A DNA stretch of 35,334 nucleotides from positions 1 through 35,334 of IMG/VR virus record IMGVR_UViG_3300045938_000009, one strand, 5' to 3'. This stretch comes from a virus. Each line of letters starts with the position of its first letter. Position 1 is the first letter of the stretch. Shown piece after piece: positions 8,918-14,175 of this stretch. The notes below the pieces were generated by a model. The model did no database searches. It worked only from the letters and a program-made list of their open reading frames with translations, and was not told where the DNA came from. The position numbers and the translations under genes are program-made.

Positions 8918-9105
8918 TATTTTTCGTCCTCTACAGGCTCTTCTGGTAGTTCTTCTTGTACCCACTCATAACCAACAACTTCTAATTCAGTACCAAGTTC
9001 GTCGTCTAAAGAGCTAATACCGTATATTGGCTTAGAGTACCAAACTCTTCCTTTAGAATCTAAAAGTTTACCACTATCCATCTGAACAATTTTTACTTTA
9101 CTCAT
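8917..9105 (-). CDS. Hypothetical protein (62 aa)
   Basis: ORF-track entry, coupled to its neighbours. Confidence 0.55.
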   Translation of the reverse strand: MSKVKIVQMDSGKLLDSKGRVWYSKPIYGISSLDDELGTELEVVGYEWVQEELPEEPVEDEK

Positions 9106-9235
9106 CTTCTAGTAGCTCCTCTGCTTGCTCTACAAGCTCTTCAAACTCACTTCTCTTACTTAGTAGCCAATAAGCATCTTCCTTAGTTGTAAGGTCGTAG
9201 CCTGCTGCTTCAATTACTTCTAGTAAAGTCGTCAT
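9098..9235 (-). CDS. Possible small acidic protein (45 aa)
   Basis: MTTLLEVIEAAGYDLTTKEDAYWLLSKRSEFEELVEQAEELLEDE. It has TAATG coupling at its 5' end and overlaps the next ATG at its 3' end. Confidence 0.4.
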   Translation of the reverse strand: MTTLLEVIEAAGYDLTTKEDAYWLLSKRSEFEELVEQAEELLEDE

Positions 9236-9462
9236 TATGCTTGGCACTCCTCTACTGCTACAGTTTCGATCATCTCATCACAGTTATCGCAAACGTATGC
9301 GTACCCCGTGTATTCCGCCAGACTCTCACGCTCAAAAGCTTCGCCTGTTACTGTCTCGCGGTGAATGTGTAAGTGGTCACATTCAAACTCTGTTGTGCCT
9401 TGCCCTATTGCTACAAGGCTGTACTGTGATTCGTGGTGTTCAATTGGAACTGATTGTGTCAT
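9235..9462 (-). CDS. Hypothetical Cys/His-rich protein (75 aa)
   Basis: Contains CDHLHIH ... CDNCDEM. It is the first gene behind the promoter at 9497-9525. Confidence 0.6.
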   Translation of the reverse strand: MTQSVPIEHHESQYSLVAIGQGTTEFECDHLHIHRETVTGEAFERESLAEYTGYAYVCDNCDEMIETVAVEECQA

Positions 9463-9496
9463 TGCTTATCCCTTCTGGTGATTTGCTTATGTATTT

Positions 9497-9525
9497 ATAT
9501 TAGCATAACCAAGTGCAGAATACAA
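9497..9525 (-). promoter_or_regulatory. Sigma70-type promoter (family E): TTGTAT-N17-TAATAT
   Basis: On the - strand, -35 is at 9525-9520 and -10 at 9502-9497. The leader ...CACCAGAAGGGATAAGCAATG follows. Confidence 0.6.
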
Positions 9526-9534
9526 TGCTTTTGC

Positions 9535-9562
9535 TAAAGAAAAAGAACGCGTTATGCGTTCT
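9535..9562 (-). terminator. Intrinsic terminator after the 9552..9812 gene
   Basis: The - strand reads AGAACGC-ATAAC-GCGTTCT followed by TTTTTCTTT. The stop codon sits in the loop. Confidence 0.65.
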
Positions 9563-9812
9563 CATCTGTTTTCTTATTTTTGCGTGATTTTGTACCACCT
9601 TTTATCGACAACGCTCTTAGGCGTTCAGGGTCATTCTCGGCCATGTATTTGAAGCCGCCTTTACCTACTCCGTTTGTTCCACCACGTTTTCCGATGGTGC
9701 GGTAGAAGTCAGGATCACGCTGTAAGTTCCTGAATGCTGCAAGCTTTGCTCCTGTAGCACCGATGACGTTACCCTCTTTATCGTATATATATGTTCCACT
9801 AATTCCTGCCAT
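9552..9812 (-). CDS. KGG-motif (general-stress-protein-like) small protein
   Basis: 86 aa. GKRGGTNGVGKGGFKYMAENDPERLRALSIKGGTKS matches the GG..GGF..M...PE....A..KGG..S repeat pattern. Confidence 0.65.
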   Translation of the reverse strand: MAGISGTYIYDKEGNVIGATGAKLAAFRNLQRDPDFYRTIGKRGGTNGVGKGGFKYMAENDPERLRALSIKGGTKSRKNKKTDENA

Positions 9813-9938
9813 TTATAGTCCTTTCAACCAACTCACCCACTGATAATACGGTGAGTAAGCTTTAAATGTGTTTCTTGTTAATGTAAGCTCTGTAAGCATT
9901 GCGTCTAGTTGTCCGTTTATTGGTTCTAGGTTATTCAT
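9813..9938 (-). CDS. Possible micro-ORF (41 aa)
   Basis: MNNLEPINGQLDAMLTELTLTRNTFKAYSPYYQWVSWLKGL. It exactly fills the gap between neighbouring genes and overlaps the upstream stop. Confidence 0.4.
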   Translation of the reverse strand: MNNLEPINGQLDAMLTELTLTRNTFKAYSPYYQWVSWLKGL

Positions 9939-10131
9939 TAGATAAATCCTTTACCCAGTCTGGTATAGAATAAAAATCTCCTTCTGCTATTTCTTCGCCA
10001 CACATTTTACACGATACAGTCCACCAAAAATCACCAGAATCATAAGGTGGTTCAGAAGTTCCGATCATACCATCTGTATATTCATATTTTTCATGTTTGC
10101 AGTCTTTTATGTTCATCCCTTGCACTCCCAT
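9931..10131 (-). CDS. Hypothetical Cys-containing protein (66 aa)
   Basis: Contains CKHEKYEY ... CKMCGEE, a possible zinc ribbon. Confidence 0.6.
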   Translation of the reverse strand: MGVQGMNIKDCKHEKYEYTDGMIGTSEPPYDSGDFWWTVSCKMCGEEIAEGDFYSIPDWVKDLSNE

Positions 10132-10188
10132 AGGTGTTGTAACCCATCTTTAAACATTGCTGCTGTTACGTTTGCGTTGCTGTACGCA

Positions 10189-10707
10189 TCAATCATATTG
10201 ATTAACCCAATTCTCTTTCATTTCAATAGTTGTTTTTATTCTATGGCAATAGTCACACAATACTTGACCATTATTTACATCTAGTAATTGTTTTCTATCT
10301 TTCATATAAGGTACTATGTGATCTGCTTGTATTTTCCCGCCTCTTTGACTGCACCATTGGCAAGTATAGTCATCTTTTTCATACACTTTCTTTCGCCACT
10401 CTTTATATTCTTGAGTATTTCTTAGACTGACACGTAGTGTCGTTACACCACCACGCCAACTAGGATTATTTACACCCAACTTTTGCGCTCTTAATTTAGC
10501 TTTAGTTTCTAAAGAAGTAGGTAATCCTTTTCTTGAACCTTTTTTGTAGGTGCATTGTATTGAACAGAATCGTCTAACTTTATACACATAGTCTAGTTCT
10601 TTAAGAGTTTTGGTGGTTACTTTATCGCACACTTCACATTTCCAAGTAACGGTTTTAACGCCATTAACTATTGGCTTATAGGATTTATGCCCTTTTGTAT
10701 ACGTCAT
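10189..10707 (-). CDS. HNH endonuclease
   Basis: 172 aa with an HNH core (CQWCSQRGGKIQADHIVPYMKDRKQLLDVNNGQVLCDYCHRIKT) and an N-terminal CxxC pair. Confidence 0.85.
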   Translation of the reverse strand: MTYTKGHKSYKPIVNGVKTVTWKCEVCDKVTTKTLKELDYVYKVRRFCSIQCTYKKGSRKGLPTSLETKAKLRAQKLGVNNPSWRGGVTTLRVSLRNTQEYKEWRKKVYEKDDYTCQWCSQRGGKIQADHIVPYMKDRKQLLDVNNGQVLCDYCHRIKTTIEMKENWVNQYD

Positions 10708-10724
10708 AGTAACATTATATATGG

Positions 10725-11117
10725 TTAATTACATTCCCACAAGTTTGAAGCGCCGTCTCTGAACATCTGCGCTGTCACATTAGCGTTAGCTTCGGCGTTA
10801 AAAACACTTGACCCATGATAACCATACTTTGTAGCTCTTGAAGACCAGTAATTATTAAGGTGCTGAAACAATCCTGACGGAAAATCTTTACCATTTTCGC
10901 TGTAATTGTAATTCACTGCTTGAGGGTTTAAAGTACTTTCACATTTAGCGATCTGTACAAAATGCTCTTCGTCTATACCGTATTTACGTGCTGCTTGTAG
11001 TACAATAGCCTCTACGTCCGTGACTACCTCGCTGGTATTAGCCTGTGACGGTGCTAGAGGCTCTGTAACAACTACTTCCGCAATAACTGGTACTTCTTCC
11101 GTCTTTACTTCTTGCAC
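10725..11117 (-). CDS. Lytic transglycosylase (SLT-like domain)
   Basis: 130 aa. IAKCESTLNPQAVNYNYSENGKDFPSGLFQ fits the SLT signature ES..NP.A....G..GL.Q. It has a GTG start and no signal peptide. Confidence 0.7.
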   Translation of the reverse strand: MQEVKTEEVPVIAEVVVTEPLAPSQANTSEVVTDVEAIVLQAARKYGIDEEHFVQIAKCESTLNPQAVNYNYSENGKDFPSGLFQHLNNYWSSRATKYGYHGSSVFNAEANANVTAQMFRDGASNLWECN

Positions 11118-11131
11118 AGTAGCGACGGGGA

Positions 11132-11338
11132 CTACTGAGCGTCTTTTGACGTAAGTTCTTTGTACTGTGCTGTTACTTGACTACGTACGTTTGAATCAAA
11201 GTCGCTTCGGATCATCCAACCAGTGATTAAACCAGCTAGGGCGATTGTAACCGCTACGATGATTGCGTATGGTACAAGTAACTTAATTTCTACTGTACGT
11301 GCTTGTTTGCTCTTAATAACTTTTTCTTGCTTACTCAT
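11132..11338 (-). CDS. Small single-pass membrane protein (68 aa)
   Basis: TM helix LLVPYAIIVAVTIALAGLITGWMI. It is the first ORF downstream of non-coding locus A. Confidence 0.6.
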   Translation of the reverse strand: MSKQEKVIKSKQARTVEIKLLVPYAIIVAVTIALAGLITGWMIRSDFDSNVRSQVTAQYKELTSKDAQ

Positions 11339-11345
11339 TTTGTTT

Positions 11346-11990
11346 CTCTTTTCTTTTTTTGTATTCAGTCAGTGCATGGCTGCTAGTAGGAATTAGCCAG
11401 GGTGGAATCGAACCTCCCGAACTGCGATACGCGGCCTCCTTTTCTGAAGCTATCTACTACTAGCTAACTATATAAACACACCGACAGGGCGACTCTTAGT
11501 TGGGAAACTCAAGCCCTAATGTGGGTGGTATTCCGCTGTTTATATAGCCATGTGGAGCGTACAAGTATTCATCAATAGCGTGACTTACTCAAGTATAGCT
11601 ATTTAACTCGACGGTTTTCACACCGCTTATACGTCCATGTACTGACTGAATTGTTAATGTGTAATTAAGCGCATGGGGCTGCCGCTGCTTACTTGTCCTT
11701 GGATTTCAAGTCCACGTATCCACTCGTTAGGTTTCCCGTTGAAATGAGTCCCCGTAGCTTAGTCAAACAAGTAGTTTCAACTGCGGCCCACTGCGCTTAA
11801 TTGTTAATGTTTGTTTGACTGTTCGTCGTCCAAGCCCAGTTCCGTTTAGAGTTTCGTATAATACTACTTGCTATCGGCTGTGGCTTGGGTGATGAACAGT
11901 CAAACGGTTTCCTCTGCGTATCTTTGTGCTAGATGTTCGGGTGCATATCATCCCTGTTTCGCTTTGGTTGTACCCCTTCTTCGGTGGTAT
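11346..11990 (-). ncRNA. Candidate large structured non-coding RNA or long structured leader (locus A, about 645 nt)
   Basis: No - strand ORF of 60 aa or more lies across 11339-12037. A TTGACA-N17-TACTAT promoter sits at 11997-12025. Long-range helices: 11363-11379/11635-11651, 11382-11389/11457-11464, 11663-11673/11792-11802 and 11811-11836/11882-11907. Ordered blocks are shared with 32382-32849. Strand is assigned from the promoter only. Confidence 0.5.
11393..11466 (-). other. tRNA-like acceptor/T-arm element inside locus A (not a canonical tRNA)
   Basis: The - strand reads TAGCTAG...GGAGGTTCGATTCCACC-CTGGCTA-A. That gives a 7-bp acceptor-like stem with one G.U, and a T-arm with a TTCGATT loop and one A.A mismatch. 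Total length is 74 nt, but I could find no D-arm or anticodon arm. Confidence 0.35.
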
Positions 11991-11996
11991 GTCTCT

Positions 11997-12025
11997 ATAG
12001 TACTACACCATTGCGCTTATGTCAA
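11997..12025 (-). promoter_or_regulatory. Strong sigma70-type promoter driving locus A: TTGACA-N17-TACTAT
   Basis: -35 at 12025-12020 and -10 at 12002-11997 with an exact 17-nt spacer. It sits directly after the ninG-like stop. Confidence 0.7.
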
Positions 12026-12037
12026 TACTAATTGTGC

Positions 12038-12568
12038 TTATTGTTCAAGTTTTTTGACTTCACCCCTGTAAAAATCTATTAGTTCAATGATCTCTTTTGT
12101 CTTTATTTTGAGTACTTGGCGGCTTTTTACCTCTAATTGGTCTACAAATTCACGTCCATACGTATCTATCATCCACCTAGTGTAATTTATATAATTACCT
12201 TTAAGAAACACATTACATGCTGCGTCTTGAATGTGACAGTTGTCTATATCCCACCTAGTAGGATAACGACCACGTGAGAAGAAATGACCATTTTGCTGTT
12301 CCTTCCAAGGCTTTGAATTACCGCAGGTGACACAAGTACCAATGCCGTTTACTGACTTAGACATACGTATATATACAGAAAAGATAGAGTCTAGCTGCCG
12401 AACGTAGTAAGAACGGGTCTTTTGCTTAGGTTTTGGTACTTTAGTTGACTTACTAACCGTCTTTTTAATTGCCGTTCGCTGTAGGGGCTTACGTGGCTTC
12501 GTAGGACAAAAAGCAGCAGTGTGATAGGTACTGCTGCATAGTTTGCATGGGTTAGACTTAATTGTCAT
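12038..12568 (-). CDS. ninG: NinG/Rap-like recombination endonuclease
   Basis: Zinc knuckle CKLCSSTYHTAAFCP, basic linker, CVTCG...GHFFSRG...RWD..NCHIQDAACN, as in lambda NinG-family proteins. The start is taken at MTIKSNP (12568); the track extends to 12598. Confidence 0.8.
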   Translation of the reverse strand: MTIKSNPCKLCSSTYHTAAFCPTKPRKPLQRTAIKKTVSKSTKVPKPKQKTRSYYVRQLDSIFSVYIRMSKSVNGIGTCVTCGNSKPWKEQQNGHFFSRGRYPTRWDIDNCHIQDAACNVFLKGNYINYTRWMIDTYGREFVDQLEVKSRQVLKIKTKEIIELIDFYRGEVKKLEQ

Positions 12569-12674
12569 ACGAATCAAGAATAAACTTACCAAAACCATTC
12601 ATGCTTGGTACTTGTGAAAGTGCTCGGCATATCTCTAAATAATTACTGTATGCTTCGTTAATTTCTTGCTTCAC
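12558..12674 (-). CDS. Possible micro-ORF (38 aa, GTG start)
   Basis: GGGGGA precedes the GTG. Translation is VKQEINEAYSNYLEICRALSQVPSMNGFGKFILDSYDN. Its stop overlaps the ninG-like ATG. Confidence 0.3.
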   Translation of the reverse strand: MKQEINEAYSNYLEICRALSQVPSMNGFGKFILDSYDN

Positions 12675-12690
12675 TATATCCCCCTATTTT

Positions 12691-12784
12691 CCTGATCCCC
12701 TCTCAATGTTTGACCCCATACACATAAAGCCTAGAAAGTGCGTTGAGAGCGAGATCAGGTGTCTCTAAGAGTGGGCTTAGAGAC
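12691..12784 (-). other. Two adjacent hairpins in an intergenic leader
   Basis: H1 is 12761-12769/12776-12784, a 9-bp stem. H2 has arms at 12691-12706 and 12743-12759 (CCTGATC and CTCTCAA segments pair). Neither is followed by a U-tract. Confidence 0.35.
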
Positions 12785-12798
12785 TTCCTAATTGTAAC

Positions 12799-12957
12799 TT
12801 ATTTTTCGAATATCTTTCCTACTAACCAACCAATACCTACTATAATTCCCATGATAGCGTAAATAATAATTGCAAATACAATGCGTAGTATAAATAGCCC
12901 TACTGATACACCAATTACAATGATAATGATTAGAAAGATTAGTGATCCAATGTCCAT
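12799..12957 (-). CDS. Possible small hydrophobic membrane protein (52 aa)
   Basis: MDIGSLIFLIIIIVIGVSVGLFILRIVFAIIIYAIMGIIVGIGWLVGKIFEK contains two TM helices. It starts 1 nt after the erf stop. Confidence 0.45.
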   Translation of the reverse strand: MDIGSLIFLIIIIVIGVSVGLFILRIVFAIIIYAIMGIIVGIGWLVGKIFEK

Positions 12958-12958
12958 A

Positions 12959-13600
12959 TTAGTTTGCTCCGTTTAAGTTAGTTGGGTCTGATTCAAGCGC
13001 ATCCATTACTAAGTGCGCATCTTCTAGGCTATCAATGGTATTCTTCTCTAGCACCATAGTAATAAATGTTTTCTTCTGGTCTGGTCGGTTGTAGTCGTGT
13101 GCAATAAGAGTTTCGTTAATCTCTACTTTTGCACGTGCTAGACGGTCTGCGTCTGTTTCTCCCATAGGTGAAGGGCCTTGCTTTACTTCTTCTGTACGGT
13201 TGCGTATTTCTTTAGTAGCTTTAGGCTTTACTTGCTCACCTGCTGCATCGGGATCTGAGTCTGTGACTAGTCCAAGGGCAGCACTAAGAGCGTACCGCTT
13301 CATGTAAGTGATAGCCGAACCTAATACCTGAAAGTCGTTCATTCCCTTTAGCTGTACGCCTTGTGGAATTGCTGCAAGTGATTCAATTGATTCACCAGAC
13401 TCTACGTGAAAGATGATAGTCTTTAGGTTTGTACCTTCTAAAAGCTGTGTAAAGCCTAACTGGTACTTCTGCATGTAGTGGTTAACTGTATCAATAGTTT
13501 CTCCCCAATCTGCGTATGAGTAGCCGTAGCCTGTTGTACCTTTAAAGATGTGAGGTACTTCCTGCTGGAATCCTGCAATTGCTTTGTATAGTTCTTTCAT
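12959..13600 (-). CDS. erf: Erf-family single-strand annealing protein
   Basis: 213 aa. GYSYADWGETIDTVNHYMQKYQLGF and ITYMKRYALSAALGL are typical of ERF-superfamily recombinases. Confidence 0.85.
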   Translation of the reverse strand: MKELYKAIAGFQQEVPHIFKGTTGYGYSYADWGETIDTVNHYMQKYQLGFTQLLEGTNLKTIIFHVESGESIESLAAIPQGVQLKGMNDFQVLGSAITYMKRYALSAALGLVTDSDPDAAGEQVKPKATKEIRNRTEEVKQGPSPMGETDADRLARAKVEINETLIAHDYNRPDQKKTFITMVLEKNTIDSLEDAHLVMDALESDPTNLNGAN

Positions 13601-13698
13601 TATTTACTTCCGTCTATTAAATTAAGTATTTTTTCAGCTAAATACACACTAAGAAAAAAAGAAATTATAAATATGAGTGCAAGCAATAGATACTCCAT
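13600..13698 (-). CDS. Possible micro-ORF (32 aa, one TM helix)
   Basis: MEYLLLALIFIISFFLSVYLAEKILNLIDGSK, with TAATG coupling at both ends. Confidence 0.35.
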   Translation of the reverse strand: MEYLLLALIFIISFFLSVYLAEKILNLIDGSK

Positions 13699-13781
13699 TA
13701 AACTCTCGGCTTTACTGTATAACTAATACCATCTGTAGTACCTAATGGGTAAAAGCTTTTAATATATGTTACTTGAATCAT
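13698..13781 (-). CDS. Possible micro-ORF (27 aa)
   Basis: MIQVTYIKSFYPLGTTDGISYTVKPRV. It has ATGA coupling upstream and TAATG coupling downstream. Confidence 0.25.
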   Translation of the reverse strand: MIQVTYIKSFYPLGTTDGISYTVKPRV

Positions 13782-13969
13782 TTGTTTTCTACCTTAAATG
13801 CTGGAATTTTTTTGGTCAAATATTTATCAGCAAATTCTTGAATTGTATCTAATGCATCTAACATTGCATCCATATCTACTTTTGTTGGTTTGACTTTTAA
13901 TTTTACTTCTAGTTCTACTTTTTCGTTATAACTTATTTCTTGACTGTAGTTTAATTCAAATACGCTCAT
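13778..13969 (-). CDS. Hypothetical protein (63 aa), first leftward early gene
   Basis: ORF-track entry lying directly behind the promoter at 14000-14028 and a family-E leader. Confidence 0.6.
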   Translation of the reverse strand: MSVFELNYSQEISYNEKVELEVKLKVKPTKVDMDAMLDALDTIQEFADKYLTKKIPAFKVENK

Positions 13970-13999
13970 TGCAATCCCTTCTGTTTGATTGATACTCTA

Positions 14000-14028
14000 A
14001 TAGTAACACATGCTTACGCTAAATACAA
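14000..14028 (-). promoter_or_regulatory. Leftward early promoter (family E): TTGTAT-N17-TACTAT
   Basis: -35 at 14028-14023 and -10 at 14005-14000. The leader is TAGAGTATCAATCAAACAGAAGGGATTGCAATG. Confidence 0.7.
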
Positions 14029-14034
14029 CACCTA

Positions 14035-14063
14035 TTCACAAAATAACCTACAAATGTTATACT
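14035..14063 (+). promoter_or_regulatory. Rightward promoter: TTCACA-N17-TATACT, back-to-back with the leftward promoter
   Basis: -35 at 14035-14040 and -10 at 14058-14063. The two -35 boxes are 6 bp apart. Confidence 0.6.
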
Positions 14064-14071
14064 TTACAGAT

Positions 14072-14160
14072 AAGCACCCTTACGCAGTCGGTCTTTCTTT
14101 GAGTAAGCATACCTTTCTCTTTGCAATATCCCTTCTACCTGCAATAGGGTGCTTCTTTTT
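14072..14160 (+). promoter_or_regulatory. Leader hairpin plus U-tract (possible attenuator or terminator) ahead of 14223 gene
   Basis: AAGCACCCT (14072-14080) pairs with AGGGTGCTT (14146-14154) and is followed by CTTTTT. An inner GCAG/CTGC pairing extends the rod. The loop is long, at 65 nt. Confidence 0.4.
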
Positions 14161-14175
14161 GTAGTAATATAAAGT

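Noticed and set aside
11393-11466. Canonical tRNA gene on the - strand
   Set aside because: Only the acceptor-like stem and the T-arm are present. I could not form D or anticodon arms, and the T-stem has an A.A mismatch. It is reported as a tRNA-like element instead.
11346-12025. Lysogeny module or attP with integrase near the tRNA-like element
   Set aside because: No integrase, recombinase, excisionase or repressor-like ORF exists anywhere in the window. The att-remnant idea is kept only as a minor alternative in the tRNA-like finding.
11868-12071. + strand 67-aa ORF inside locus A
   Set aside because: It lies antisense to the flanking operon and spans the - strand promoter. Its composition is Cys/Ala/Val-rich and looks non-genic, and no RBS precedes it. 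It is most likely a chance frame in a non-coding region.
12568-12598. N-terminal extensions of several track ORFs (12038..12598, 6812..7063, 8609..8965, 20863..21867, 18284..18667, 18655..19134, 7893..8159)
   Set aside because: The extensions overlap the upstream gene or lack an RBS. Internal ATGs sit in TAATG/ATGA coupling contexts or behind good SD sequences, so the shorter forms are preferred.
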